DNA of 43,873 bases from Paracoccaceae bacterium (GTDB taxonomy: Bacteria; Pseudomonadota; Alphaproteobacteria; Rhodobacterales; Rhodobacteraceae): the NCBI GenBank assembly GCA_017854675.1, contig JAFMHE010000001.1, forward strand, positions 1 through 43,873, given 5' to 3'. Under the pieces are notes generated by a model, which searched no databases, had not been told where the DNA came from, and worked only from the letters and a program-made list of their open reading frames with translations. Position numbers and translations under genes: made by a program. Positions 20,775-30,782 of this stretch are shown in pieces (positions within the stretch are counted from its first letter, which is position 1; each line of letters starts with the position of its first letter).

Positions 20775-22274
20775 TTACTCCATGACGGGGATTGAGAATT
20801 CGCCACCTTCCTTGATGCCGGAGGGCCAGCGCGCTGTCACAGTTTTGGTGCGCGTATAGAATTTGAAAGCATCAGGGCCATGCTGGTTCAGATCGCCAAA
20901 CACGGATTTCTTCCAGCCACCAAAGGTATGATAGGCCAGCGGCACCGGGATCGGCACGTTAATACCGATCATACCCACGTTGATCCGGTTGGCAAAGTCA
21001 CGCGCCGCATCGCCGTCGCGGGTAAAGATCGCGGTCCCATTGCCATATTCGTGATCCATCGCAAGGCCAAGGGCCTCTTCATAGGTTTGGGCGCGCACAC
21101 AGGTCAAAACAGGGCCAAAGATCTCTTGCTTGTAGATATCCATGTCCTTCGTCGCGTGATCAAACAGATGCGGACCAACGAAAAAGCCGTCCTCGTAGCC
21201 CTGCAGTTTAAAATCCCGGCCATCGACAACCAATTCTGCACCTTGGTCGATGCCCGTCTGGACCAGCCGTTCGATATTCGCCTTGGCCGCGGCGGTCACG
21301 ACCGGTCCGTAATCAACGTCCTTGCCGGACGTATAGGGGCCGACTTTCAGACTTTCGATGCGCGGCACCAACTCTTTGATCAGCCGGTCGGCTGTGTCAT
21401 CGCCCACGGGCACGGCGACAGAGATCGCCATGCAACGTTCGCCCGCAGCACCGTAACCTGCGCCAATCAGCGCATCGGCTGCTTGGGCCATATCTGCGTC
21501 AGGCATGATGATCATGTGGTTTTTCGCGCCGCCGAAACACTGGACGCGTTTGCCCTGCGCACAGCCTGTGCCGTAGATATATTCTGCGATCGGTGTAGAG
21601 CCGACGAAGCCTACAGATTGGATAACGTCGTTGTAAAGGATTGCGTCAACTGCCTCCTTATCACCATTGACCACCTGCAGGATGCCTTTGGGCAGGCCAG
21701 CTTCTTCGGCCAGTTCAGCCAGCATCAGGGGCACGGAAGGGTCACGCTCTGATGGTTTCAGGATGAACGCGTTGCCGCAGGCGATTGCGGGCGCAAACAT
21801 CCACATCGGGATCATCGCAGGGAAGTTGAAGGGGGTAATTCCTGCTGTGACACCAAGAGCTTGGCGCATGGAGTACATGTCGATGCCCGGGCCCGCAGAA
21901 TCGGTGTATTCACCTTTCAAAAGCTGCGGTGCGCCGATGCAATATTCGACGACCTCAAGGCCGCGCTGCACATCGCCTGCGGCATCGGGCAGAGTTTTAC
22001 CATGTTCGCGAGATAAGGCTTCGGCGAGTTTGTCCATATCGCGGTTCAGCAAATCCACGAGCTTCATCAACACGCGCGCGCGGCGTTGCGGGTTTGTGGC
22101 GGCCCAGGCAGGTTGCGCCGCAGCGGCATAGGCGACCGCTTGTTCGAGTTCTTCTTTGGATGCCAGCGGGCATTTTGCCTGCACGTCGCCCGTTGCGGGG
22201 TTCATGACATCCGCAAATCGGCCTGAGGTGCCTTTGACGTGGGCGCCGTTGATGTAGTGGGTAAGTTCTTGCAT
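20775..22274 (-). CDS. mmsA: CoA-acylating methylmalonate-semialdehyde dehydrogenase
   Basis: Start moved to ATG 22274 (MQELTHYING, RBS GGGAGG). ITPFNFP, GGAKNH, AAGERCMA and EIFGPV motifs. Confidence 0.96.
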   Translation of the reverse strand: MQELTHYINGAHVKGTSGRFADVMNPATGDVQAKCPLASKEELEQAVAYAAAAQPAWAATNPQRRARVLMKLVDLLNRDMDKLAEALSREHGKTLPDAAGDVQRGLEVVEYCIGAPQLLKGEYTDSAGPGIDMYSMRQALGVTAGITPFNFPAMIPMWMFAPAIACGNAFILKPSERDPSVPLMLAELAEEAGLPKGILQVVNGDKEAVDAILYNDVIQSVGFVGSTPIAEYIYGTGCAQGKRVQCFGGAKNHMIIMPDADMAQAADALIGAGYGAAGERCMAISVAVPVGDDTADRLIKELVPRIESLKVGPYTSGKDVDYGPVVTAAAKANIERLVQTGIDQGAELVVDGRDFKLQGYEDGFFVGPHLFDHATKDMDIYKQEIFGPVLTCVRAQTYEEALGLAMDHEYGNGTAIFTRDGDAARDFANRINVGMIGINVPIPVPLAYHTFGGWKKSVFGDLNQHGPDAFKFYTRTKTVTARWPSGIKEGGEFSIPVME

Positions 22275-22310
22275 GGATGCCTCCCTGAATGCGTTGCGAC
22301 AACGATAGCC

Positions 22311-22366
22311 TTGCATTTGGGCAAGATAAAGGGGCAGTTGGGCAAAGTCATTTTGCATTTTTGCAA
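22311..22366. promoter_or_regulatory. Putative LysR operator pair in the mmsA/lysR divergent region
   Basis: TTGCATTTGGGCAA (22311-22324) and the palindrome TTGCA-TTTT-TGCAA (22353-22366). Confidence 0.55.
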
Positions 22367-22392
22367 GACGGCGATTGGCATGTCATAGGGGA

Positions 22393-22452
22393 GGGGGCCA
22401 GCCCCCGATGCTGCAAGCAGCATCCCCCCGGAGGTTTATTTGGAAAATTGAA
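22393..22452 (+). repeat. Dispersed intergenic element, copy 2, with upstream hairpins
   Basis: GGGGG-CCAG-CCCCC and GATGCTGC-AA-GCAGCATC hairpins, followed by GGAGGTTTATTTGGAAAATTGAA (22430-22452). Confidence 0.85.
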
Positions 22453-22457
22453 GGGGA

Positions 22458-23357
22458 TTGGTGGTGCAGAATTGGGACGATTTGCGTTTGTTTCTGGCTG
22501 TGGCACGTGAGCAGAGCCTGTCAGGGGCAGGCAAGGTCTTGCGGCTGGATCCTGCGACTTTAGGTCGGCGCGTGGCACGGTTGGAGCTGGCACTTGACGT
22601 TGCTTTGTTTGTAAAATCGCCGCAAGGTTATGCGTTGACCGATGCAGGCGCAGCGTTATTGGCACGCGCCGAGACGGTCGAGCAGGGCATGCGGCAAGCG
22701 GTGGCGGGTGTAACCGGCGCGGCGGACCGTTTGACGGGGCAGATCCGCATCGGGGCACCGGATGGAGCGGCAAATTTTCTTTTGCCGCAGGTATGTGTGC
22801 AGATGGCGGGACGGCATCCCGATCTGGATATTCAGGTGGTTGCCTTGCCGCGGGTGTTCAACCTGTCGCGGCGCGAGGCGGATATGGCGATCGGTGTCAG
22901 CGCGCCGACAGGCAGCCGCCTGATCGTTCAAAAGGTTGCGGATTATCATCTGCATCTTGCAGGTTCCGAGGCGTATTTGGCCGGGCATCCGCCATTGAAG
23001 AGTGCCGTCGGCCTGAAAGAACACCGGATGGTAGGTTATATTCCTGATATGATCTTTGACCGGGAACTGGATTATCTGGCGGATCTGGGGATCGACCGTG
23101 TCCCGCTCGCGTCGAATTCCGTTTCCGTACAATTGCAGATGATCGCACGCGGCGGTGGTCTGGGGGTGGTGCATGACTTTGTCTTGCCATTTGCGCCGGG
23201 GGTCCGGCGCGTCTTGGCGGGTGACGTTCATTTAAGGCGGGCTTTCTATCTGATCCGACATGCGGATGATCGGAGCAACCGGAGACTGACAGTCTTTGCC
23301 CAAGAACTCAGCGCGGCGTTGAAGGCGGAAGTGGGGCGTTTGGAAGCATTGGCTTGA
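22458..23357 (+). CDS. LysR family transcriptional regulator (probable mms operon regulator)
   Basis: NWDDLRLFLAVAR helix-turn-helix and LSRREADMAI motif; divergent from mmsA. True start may be GTG 22464. Confidence 0.93.
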   Translation: MVVQNWDDLRLFLAVAREQSLSGAGKVLRLDPATLGRRVARLELALDVALFVKSPQGYALTDAGAALLARAETVEQGMRQAVAGVTGAADRLTGQIRIGAPDGAANFLLPQVCVQMAGRHPDLDIQVVALPRVFNLSRREADMAIGVSAPTGSRLIVQKVADYHLHLAGSEAYLAGHPPLKSAVGLKEHRMVGYIPDMIFDRELDYLADLGIDRVPLASNSVSVQLQMIARGGGLGVVHDFVLPFAPGVRRVLAGDVHLRRAFYLIRHADDRSNRRLTVFAQELSAALKAEVGRLEALA

Positions 23358-23419
23358 CAGATGGCGGGGTTCTGGCGGACGCTAACGGGACACATAGGCG
23401 CAAAAGGGGAGGACCTTCG

Positions 23420-23854
23420 ATGCTGGTTTCACAAATTTTGAAGTCGAAATCCGATGATGCTGTGGTCACATCGCTACCGAGTTTGAAAGTATCACAAGCG
23501 GCGCGGATACTGTCCGACAAGCGCATTGGCACCTTGGTGATCTCGGATGATGGTAAAACCCCGTTGGGTATATTGTCAGAGCGCGACATCGTGCGCGAGC
23601 TTGGCAAGCAAGGGGGCGGTTGTCTGGACCTGACCGTTGATCAGCTGATGACCAAGAAACTGGTGACCTGTAGTTTGGATGACCGCACAGACGCGATTTT
23701 GCAGAAGATGACCGATGGGCGTTTCCGCCATATGCCGGTGCTGAAAGACGGCGCATTGGTCGGGCTTATCTCGCTTGGTGATGTGGTCAAGGCGCGGATG
23801 TCACAGTTGGCGATGGAGAAAGATGCCCTTGAGGGTATGATCATGGGCCACTAA
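23420..23854 (+). CDS. CBS domain pair protein
   Basis: GGGAGG RBS before ATG 23420 (MLVSQILKSK). GILSERDIVR, RFRHMPV and GLISLGDVVK motifs. Confidence 0.92.
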   Translation: MLVSQILKSKSDDAVVTSLPSLKVSQAARILSDKRIGTLVISDDGKTPLGILSERDIVRELGKQGGGCLDLTVDQLMTKKLVTCSLDDRTDAILQKMTDGRFRHMPVLKDGALVGLISLGDVVKARMSQLAMEKDALEGMIMGH

Positions 23855-23924
23855 CCTGCTTGCACGCCACCGCGTGGCATGTATTCCTGCGCGCACCTGA
23901 AACGACAGATCGAGGATCAGCCTT

Positions 23925-24419
23925 ATGCGCGTTGGCCTTTACCCCGGCACTTTTGACCCCATTACATTGGGTCATATTGATATTATCCGCCGTGCGGCCA
24001 CTTTGGTCGACAAGCTGGTCATCGGTGTTGCGATTAACCGTGACAAGGGCCCCCTGTTTCGCCTCGAAGAGCGGGTCGAGATGATCGAGGTCGAATGTGC
24101 AGCGCTTAGTCTGCAGACCGGTGTCGAGATTGTCGTGCACCCGTTCGAGAACCTGCTGATCAACTGCGCGCGTGATGTGGGCGCCCAGATGATTGTGCGC
24201 GGCCTGCGGGCGGTTGCGGATTTTGAGTATGAATACCAGATGGTTGGCATGAACCGCCAATTGGATGACAGCATCGAGACGGTTTTTCTGATGGCCGAAG
24301 CGCAGCATCAGGCGATTGCCAGCAAACTGGTTAAGGAAATCGCACGGCTGGGGGGTGACATTACGAAATTTGTAACACCGCGCGTTGCCAACGAACTGCT
24401 GCAGCGCTTTCCAAGATAG
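23925..24419 (+). CDS. coaD: Phosphopantetheine adenylyltransferase
   Basis: YPGTFDPITLGH and RGLRAVADFEYE motifs. Confidence 0.97.
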   Translation: MRVGLYPGTFDPITLGHIDIIRRAATLVDKLVIGVAINRDKGPLFRLEERVEMIEVECAALSLQTGVEIVVHPFENLLINCARDVGAQMIVRGLRAVADFEYEYQMVGMNRQLDDSIETVFLMAEAQHQAIASKLVKEIARLGGDITKFVTPRVANELLQRFPR

Positions 24420-24423
24420 GCGA

Positions 24424-24448
24424 ATGCGCCGGGCAGGGTCCGGCGCAT
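24424..24448. terminator. Hairpin between convergent coaD and gap
   Basis: ATGCGCCGG-N7-CCGGCGCAT; no U-tract. Confidence 0.45.
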
Positions 24449-24455
24449 GAGGTGT

Positions 24456-25457
24456 CTAAAGGTAGCGGGCCATGACGCCTGCCGTATCCAGCATGCGGTT
24501 AGAGAACGCCCATTCATTGTCATACCACGCCAGCACACGCAGCAGATTGCCTTGCTGTAGTGACGTTTGGTCACTCGCAAAAATCGCGCTGCGGGGATCA
24601 TGGTTGAAGTCTATCGACACCAGTTTGCGATCCGTGATGCCCAGCACACCCCTCAACAGCCCATCGGCTGCGTCTTGCATGGTTTGATTGACGTCGTCTG
24701 GGGTGACGTTTTTGACGGTCTCGACCACCAGATCAACGCAAGAGACGTTTGGCGTGGGGACGCGGATCGCGGTGCCTGTGATCCGCCCCTCCAGATGCGG
24801 CAGGACAACGCCAAGGGTCTCGGCCGCACCGGTGGTGGTCGGGATCATCGACATTGCGGCGGCACGCGCACGGTAGAGGTCTTTGTGCGCACGGTCATGC
24901 ACCGGTTGCGTGCCGGTGTAGGAATGCACCGTGGTCATATGGCCGCGTGTGATCCCGAAAGCCTCGTGCAGGACATGTGCCACCGGCACCAGACAGTTTG
25001 TTGTGCATGATGCATTGCTGATGATCCGGTCATCGCAGGTGATGATGTCGTGGTTAACGCCGTAGACTATGGTTTTCACGTCTCCCTTGCCGGGGGCCGA
25101 GATCAGGACACGCTTTGCACCGGTTGCCAGGTGCAGTGCCGCCTTTTCGGGGCTAAGAAACAACCCTGTGCATTCCAGCACGATGTCCACGTCACCCCAC
25201 GGCAGGGCGTCGGGTTCGCGGATTGCAGTGACACGGATCGCGCCACGGCCAACATCAATCGTGTTCGCGCCAAGCGTGACGGGCCTGCCATATCGCCCGT
25301 GTACGGAATCGAATTCAAAAAGATGCGCGTTGGTTTCCAGAGGCGCCAGATCATTGATCGCGACTACTTGCAGATCGGCCTCGGGCCGCTCCATAAGGGC
25401 GCGCAGAATGTTGCGGCCGATGCGGCCAAAGCCATTGATCGCCAGTTTTACAGTCAT
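24456..25457 (-). CDS. gap: Type I glyceraldehyde-3-phosphate dehydrogenase (GAPDH/E4PDH family), paralogue with INDL
   Basis: INGFGRIGR, NASCTTNCL, RVPTPNVS and WYDNEW motifs. Confidence 0.9.
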   Translation of the reverse strand: MTVKLAINGFGRIGRNILRALMERPEADLQVVAINDLAPLETNAHLFEFDSVHGRYGRPVTLGANTIDVGRGAIRVTAIREPDALPWGDVDIVLECTGLFLSPEKAALHLATGAKRVLISAPGKGDVKTIVYGVNHDIITCDDRIISNASCTTNCLVPVAHVLHEAFGITRGHMTTVHSYTGTQPVHDRAHKDLYRARAAAMSMIPTTTGAAETLGVVLPHLEGRITGTAIRVPTPNVSCVDLVVETVKNVTPDDVNQTMQDAADGLLRGVLGITDRKLVSIDFNHDPRSAIFASDQTSLQQGNLLRVLAWYDNEWAFSNRMLDTAGVMARYL

Positions 25458-25476
25458 GTCAGCACCTTTTGATCAA

Positions 25477-25505
25477 ATTATAGGTATGACCAAAATGCGT
25501 GTCAG
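25477..25505 (-). promoter_or_regulatory. Candidate sigma70 promoter for the downstream gap paralogue
   Basis: Minus strand reads CTGACA-N17-TATAAT, ending 20 nt before ATG 25457. Confidence 0.45.
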
Positions 25506-25595
25506 CGGCGGCTTGTCAACGGGAGCAAGGGGCGGAAAAAAGTACCGATACAATAAAACCCAATTTCCGCAACTGGCCTTATTGGGGGTTTCAGC

Positions 25596-25739
25596 TTAGC
25601 GCCAGACGGCAAGCCACTCAAGAAGTTCCAGCATCTTGCGGCCCAAGAACACCACGTTCGCAGATCCAAAAAAGATCACATCCACACAGACCAACAGACC
25701 AATCAACAGAGTTAGGAAGGCGGCGAGCGAATTTGTCAT
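25596..25739 (-). CDS. Small membrane protein (47 aa) between the gap genes
   Basis: MTNSLAAFLTLLIGLLVCVDVIFFGSANVVFLGRKMLELLEWLAVWR, GAGGA upstream. One TM plus an amphipathic tail; I recall similar small ORFs at this position in roseobacters. Confidence 0.7.
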   Translation of the reverse strand: MTNSLAAFLTLLIGLLVCVDVIFFGSANVVFLGRKMLELLEWLAVWR

Positions 25740-25816
25740 GAAATAGCGCATCCTCAACGGGTCGTCCCGATATGACAGGACGCCGCGTATGAGGCAAGCC
25801 TGAGGCGGTACTTGGG

Positions 25817-26818
25817 TTAACCGAGTTTGCCCATTGCAACAGCAACATCGGCCATGCGCACAGAGAACGCCCATTCGTTGTCGTACCAACCCAGCACACG
25901 CACGGTGCGCCCCGCGACAACGATGGTCTGATCAGGGGCAAAAATGCAGCTTTCCTCGGTGTGGTTAAAGTCGATGCTGACCTTTTGCTCCGGATCATAA
26001 CCCAGCACCCCTTTCATGGGGCCTTCGGCAGCGGCGCGGGCGGCTGCGTTGACTTCTTCCACGGTGACATCCCGTGAGGCGGTAAAGGTCAAATCCACCG
26101 CAGAGACATTGGGTGTGGGTACGCGCATGGCCGTCCCGTCAAGCTTGCCTTTGAGGGCAGGCAGCACCTCACCCAGCGCCTTTGCAGCGCCGGTAGACGT
26201 GGGGATCAGCGCCATCGCGGCAGCGCGCGCGCGGTAAAGGTCAGAGTGGCGGCGGTCCAGCGTTGGCTGATCGCCGGTATAGCTGTGGATCGTGGTCATC
26301 AGGCCGCTCTCGATCCCGATGGCCTCGTGCATCACTTTGGCCAGCGGGGCGAGGCAATTTGTGGTGCAAGATCCGTTTGAGATCATCTTGTCCGATTTCT
26401 GGAGTGTGTCGTGGTTCACCCCGTAAACCACTGTGCGGTCGACATTTTTACCGGGTGCCGACAGCAGAACACGCTTTGCACCCTGTTCCAGATGTACGCG
26501 GGCCTTGTTGCCGTCGTTGAACTTGCCGGTACATTCCAGAACCACATCGCATCCGGTCCAGTCCAGCTCTTCTAGGTTGTAGGTGGACATCACCTCGATG
26601 TCGTTCTGGCCAAGGTTCAGATAGCCATCGTCTACAATGACCTCACCCGGAAAACGGCCATGCACCGAATCGTATTTCAACAGATGCGCCGCCGTCGTCA
26701 GCGGCCCGGTTGCATTGATTTTGACCACTTCGATATCGTCCCGGCCCGAGGCAGCAATATGACTGAGCGTGCAGCGACCGATGCGGCCAAATCCGTTGAT
26801 ACCAACTTTGATGGTCAT
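25817..26818 (-). CDS. gap: Type I glyceraldehyde-3-phosphate dehydrogenase, paralogue with INAT
   Basis: INGFGRIGR, NGSCTTNCLAP, IPTSTGAAKA and WYDNEW motifs. Confidence 0.94.
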   Translation of the reverse strand: MTIKVGINGFGRIGRCTLSHIAASGRDDIEVVKINATGPLTTAAHLLKYDSVHGRFPGEVIVDDGYLNLGQNDIEVMSTYNLEELDWTGCDVVLECTGKFNDGNKARVHLEQGAKRVLLSAPGKNVDRTVVYGVNHDTLQKSDKMISNGSCTTNCLAPLAKVMHEAIGIESGLMTTIHSYTGDQPTLDRRHSDLYRARAAAMALIPTSTGAAKALGEVLPALKGKLDGTAMRVPTPNVSAVDLTFTASRDVTVEEVNAAARAAAEGPMKGVLGYDPEQKVSIDFNHTEESCIFAPDQTIVVAGRTVRVLGWYDNEWAFSVRMADVAVAMGKLG

Positions 26819-26907
26819 GTCTGGGGTGTCCTTATGCGCGGTGATTTACGCGCTCTATATCGGCGGCCCGAGGGCTGGCGAAAGAGGGAATGCACGTGTT
26901 TTCCATA

Positions 26908-26940
26908 TGTTAGCGATAAACCTTGATGTTAGCGGTAAAG
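26908..26940. promoter_or_regulatory. Tandem LacI-family (CceR/GapR-like) operator sites
   Basis: TGTTAGCGATAAAC (26908) and TGTTAGCGGTAAAG (26927) resemble TGTTAGCGCTAACA; located upstream of gap. Confidence 0.6.
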
Positions 26941-27011
26941 TGTTGCTCAAAGCGTGGTTGCTATGGTGCGCTGGGTCGTTACTGTCGCTGATCAAGAAAC
27001 AGGAGTTTGAT

Positions 27012-27986
27012 ATGAGCGGTTTGCTGGCCCTTCTCGACGATGTTGCAGCGATTGCCAAAGTGGCGGCGTCTTCTTTGGATGATGTGATCGGGCAAGCGGC
27101 CAAGGCGGGCAGCAAGGCGGCAGGTGCCGTGATTGATGATGCGGCGGTGACGCCCAAGTATGTGCACGGGTTTGAGGCCAGTCGCGAATTGCCGATTATT
27201 TGGCGGATTACAAAGGGATCTTTGCGCAACAAGTTGGTGTTTTTATTGCCGGCAGGCTTGGCGCTGAATGAATTTGCACCTTGGGCGATTGCGCCCTTGT
27301 TGATGCTGGGCGGTTGCTATTTGTGCTTTGAAGGGGCCGAAAAAGTCGCACATGCGCTGGGGTTTGGTCATGGCCACGAGGATTATCCGGGCGCGGAGGC
27401 GGTCATTGAGGACCCCGCGCATCTGGAGGAACAGAAAGCCGCTGGCGCCATCAAGACCGATTTCATTCTGTCGGCAGAGATCATGACAATCTCGCTGGCC
27501 GCCATCCCGACCAGCAACTTCTGGATGGAGGCGGCAACGCTTGCCACGGTCGCGGTCATGATAACGGTGGCTGTTTACGGGTCTGTTGCGCTGATTGTGA
27601 AAATGGACGATCTGGGGCTGGCCATGGCCCACAAACGGCGTCTGTCGCTAACGCGGGCAATCGGGCGCGGTTTGGTCAAGGGGATGCCCAGTTTTCTCAG
27701 GCTGCTGACGCTGGTCGGCACGGCTGCGATGCTGTGGGTCGGCGGGTCGATTATCATTCACGGGTTCGAAGAACTGGGGTTTGGCGCCTTGGGCGATCTT
27801 GTCCATGACATCGCCTATGCCATTGGACATGCGATGCCGGCGTCGATCCAGGGTGCATCCGAGTGGTTTGCAAAAGCAGCAATGGACGGGGTGTTTGGTC
27901 TGATGCTAGGGCTGGTGTTGATCCCCATCGGGACAAAAATCATCACACCGATCTGGCGCGCTGTTACGCGCCTCTCGCCGGTGTGA
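27012..27986 (+). CDS. DUF808 family inner-membrane protein (YedI-like)
   Basis: AGGAG RBS before ATG 27012 (MSGLLALLDDVA). DDAAVTP, GAIKTDFILSAEIM and GTAAMLWVGG motifs. Confidence 0.92.
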   Translation: MSGLLALLDDVAAIAKVAASSLDDVIGQAAKAGSKAAGAVIDDAAVTPKYVHGFEASRELPIIWRITKGSLRNKLVFLLPAGLALNEFAPWAIAPLLMLGGCYLCFEGAEKVAHALGFGHGHEDYPGAEAVIEDPAHLEEQKAAGAIKTDFILSAEIMTISLAAIPTSNFWMEAATLATVAVMITVAVYGSVALIVKMDDLGLAMAHKRRLSLTRAIGRGLVKGMPSFLRLLTLVGTAAMLWVGGSIIIHGFEELGFGALGDLVHDIAYAIGHAMPASIQGASEWFAKAAMDGVFGLMLGLVLIPIGTKIITPIWRAVTRLSPV

Positions 27987-28042
27987 TGTGCAGGTGATAC
28001 CAGTGAAAACGCGGTTTCTGATAAAATCCTATTGGTAAAACC

Positions 28043-28210
28043 CTAGTCGTCTGAGCCAAAATATGACTTTGCGAACATCGCGGCCATCACAAGGTGTCCT
28101 GTCATCATGTAAACACCAAAGGCACCCAGCGCTGTGCCACCAGTTGCCAGCCAAACGCCTGATCCGATCAAACCAGATAGCATTGCGGCAAGAAGATAAG
28201 AGGCAAGCAT
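28043..28210 (-). CDS. Small hypothetical membrane protein (55 aa)
   Basis: AAAGGA RBS then MLASYLLAAMLSGLIGSGVWLATGGTALGAFGVYMMTGHLVMAAMFAKSYFGSDD; two hydrophobic helices. Confidence 0.6.
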   Translation of the reverse strand: MLASYLLAAMLSGLIGSGVWLATGGTALGAFGVYMMTGHLVMAAMFAKSYFGSDD

Positions 28211-28400
28211 TGTCTTTCCTTTTCGCGTGGCGCTTTCCGGATCAGTTAAACCGGAGAGCGTGAATAATGTATTAACGTACCACGACAACCAGAGGTTATC
28301 CCGAACAGTTTCTTTTATACGAGCGAAAAGTGGCCATCCTTCGGCATGCTTGGCCATTTGCTGCCACATTTTGCCAAAAGTTTTGAATTTATTGCGGCAG

Positions 28401-28437
28401 AAAAGCAAAACCCCGCCCAATCTGGGGGCGGGGTCTC
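28401..28437 (-). terminator. Rho-independent terminator of tkt
   Basis: Minus strand reads ACCCCGCCC-loop-GGGCGGGGT followed by TTTGCTTTT. Confidence 0.8.
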
Positions 28438-28464
28438 ATATTGTTTCCTGCAAGTGGCTTTGGA

Positions 28465-30480
28465 TCAGAGCAGGGCTTTGGCCTTGTCCGCCACGTTCTG
28501 TGCTGTGATTCCGTATTTCACAAACAGTTCCTCTGCCGGAGCAGAGGCACCAAAGCTGTCCATACCGACGAAATCGGCTTTGCCGAACTTGCCGCGCTCG
28601 CCCAGTAGCCACTGGTCCCAGCCCTGACGCACACCGGCCTCGATGCCGACACGCACTGCGCCGCCGGGCAATACGCGCTTGCGGTATGCTTCATCCTGCG
28701 CGGCGAACAATTCCATGCAAGGCATGGATACCACACGCACGCCAATGCCATCGGCCTGCAACAAGTCTCGGGCTTGCAACGCAACGCTAACTTCGGAACC
28801 GGTTGCGATCAGGATGACCTGACGTTTGCCTTCGGCATCGACCAGCGTATAGGCGCCTTTTTCGGTCAGGTTGGTGTTCTTGTGCTCTGTCCGCACAGTC
28901 GGCAGGCCCTGACGGGTCAGCGACAGCACAGATGGCGTCTTCTTGGACGTCAGCGCGATTTCCCACGCCTCGGCGGTTTCAATCGTATCGGCGGGGCGGA
29001 ATACATAGGTGTTGGGCGTTGCGCGGCTGATCGCCAGATGCTCGACCGGCTGATGTGTCGGTCCGTCTTCGCCCAGACCGATGCTGTCGTGGGTCATGAC
29101 GAACACGGTCGGGATCTGCATCAGTGCGGCCAGCCGCATTGCGGGGCGGGCATAGTCTGTGAAACACATGAATGTGCCGCCGTAAGGACGCACACCACCG
29201 TGCAGCGCCATGCCGTTCATTGCAGAGGACATGCCATGTTCGCGCACCCCCCAATAGACGTAGCGGCCCGCGCGGTTGTCGATGTCGAACACGCCCAGAT
29301 CAGCCGTCTTGGTGTTGTTCGATCCGGTCAGGTCAGCAGAGCCGCCTACGGTTTCGGGCATGATCGGATTGATGACCTCAAGCACCTTTTCCGAAGACGC
29401 GCGGGTGGCGAGCTTTGGTGCGGTCTCGGAGATCTGCTTTTTGAACGCTTTGATTGTGGCGCTCAGCTTTTTGGGCACGTCCAGCGCCAGCGCACGGTTG
29501 AATGTCTCGCGCTTGGAACGCGGCATTTTGTCGAAACGCTCTTCCCATGCTTGGCGCTCGGATGCGCCACGTTTGCCGATGGATTCCCATGCGGATTTGA
29601 CATCTGCGGGCACCTCGAACGGGCCGGTGGTCCAGCCGTAGGCGGCTTTTGCGGCGGCCATCTGGTCGGCATCGGTCAACGCGCCGTGGCCTTTGGAAGT
29701 GTCCTGTGCCGCGTGGCCCAGTGCGATGTGGGTTTTGCAGGCAATCATTGTGGGTTTGTCGGATTTACGCGCTTCTGTAAGGGCCGCGTCGATTTCATCG
29801 GGGTTGTGGCCGTCGATCTCGATTGTGTGCCACTGCGCCGCCTTGAAGCGGGCCACTTGATCGGTGTGATCGGACAGCGAAACGGGGCCGTCGATGGTGA
29901 TGTTGTTGTTGTCCCACATCACAATGAGTTTGCTCAGCTTGTGGCGGCCTGCCAGCGTGATCGCCTCTTGGGAGACGCCCTCCATCAAACAGCCATCGCC
30001 TGCGATGACATATGTGTGGTGGTCAACGACTTTGTCGCCATAGGTCGCGCGCTGGATTTCCTCGGCCATGGCGAAACCCACGGAATTGGCGATGCCTTGG
30101 CCCAATGGACCTGTGGTTGTCTCAATCGCATCGGCCAGAAAGTTCTCGGGGTGACCTGCGGTGCGGGCGCCCATCTGGCGGAAGTTCTTCAGTTCTTCGA
30201 TGGGAAACTGGACGTCGCCCACAAGGTGCAGCAGCGCGTAGATCAGCATAGAGCCGTGGCCCGCCGACAGGATAAAGCGGTCACGATCCGGCCAGAGCGG
30301 GTTGGCCGCGTCGAACTTTAGATGACGTTCAAAAAGCACGGTCGCAACGTCAGCCATGCCCATCGGCATGCCGGAGTGACCGGAATTTGCCGCAGCAACA
30401 GCATCCAGCGTTAGGGCGCGGATTGCGGTTGCTTTGGACCAATGATCGGGATGGGCGGTGCGCAGGGCTGTCAAATCCAC
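28465..30480 (-). CDS. tkt: Transketolase
   Basis: GTG start. [29 protein letters not shown] and [16 protein letters not shown] motifs. Confidence 0.98.
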   Translation of the reverse strand: MDLTALRTAHPDHWSKATAIRALTLDAVAAANSGHSGMPMGMADVATVLFERHLKFDAANPLWPDRDRFILSAGHGSMLIYALLHLVGDVQFPIEELKNFRQMGARTAGHPENFLADAIETTTGPLGQGIANSVGFAMAEEIQRATYGDKVVDHHTYVIAGDGCLMEGVSQEAITLAGRHKLSKLIVMWDNNNITIDGPVSLSDHTDQVARFKAAQWHTIEIDGHNPDEIDAALTEARKSDKPTMIACKTHIALGHAAQDTSKGHGALTDADQMAAAKAAYGWTTGPFEVPADVKSAWESIGKRGASERQAWEERFDKMPRSKRETFNRALALDVPKKLSATIKAFKKQISETAPKLATRASSEKVLEVINPIMPETVGGSADLTGSNNTKTADLGVFDIDNRAGRYVYWGVREHGMSSAMNGMALHGGVRPYGGTFMCFTDYARPAMRLAALMQIPTVFVMTHDSIGLGEDGPTHQPVEHLAISRATPNTYVFRPADTIETAEAWEIALTSKKTPSVLSLTRQGLPTVRTEHKNTNLTEKGAYTLVDAEGKRQVILIATGSEVSVALQARDLLQADGIGVRVVSMPCMELFAAQDEAYRKRVLPGGAVRVGIEAGVRQGWDQWLLGERGKFGKADFVGMDSFGASAPAEELFVKYGITAQNVADKAKALL

Positions 30481-30782
30481 GGGATATATCTCTTCCTATA
30501 GGGGGTATTCGGGTCAAAAAGGTGCATATCAGCCAAGAAACAAAGTGCAAGCCAAAGGCGGCATGACACATTGAGCCCGCTTCATCAGGTGCATGAAGAG
30601 TGCCGTTCAAGTCGCTGATCTGAAAGGGGGGCGCAATTGCGGATATGATATCGTAGAATTATGAAAATCGCACGGCGGGGTTGATTCGCATGGCCCTGCC
30701 GCGACAATGGATAGAGATGACACTCGTTAATGATGACATCGGTTAAAGATGAATGACCGGGGCTGAGGAGATCACCACCGCC

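Noticed and set aside
28774-30321. 515-aa plus-strand ORF
   Set aside because: Antisense shadow of tkt; no family features.
30727-30746. Two TTAA half-sites upstream of the zauP-like gene as a CtrA box
   Set aside because: Spacing is 12 nt rather than 7, so it is not a full site.
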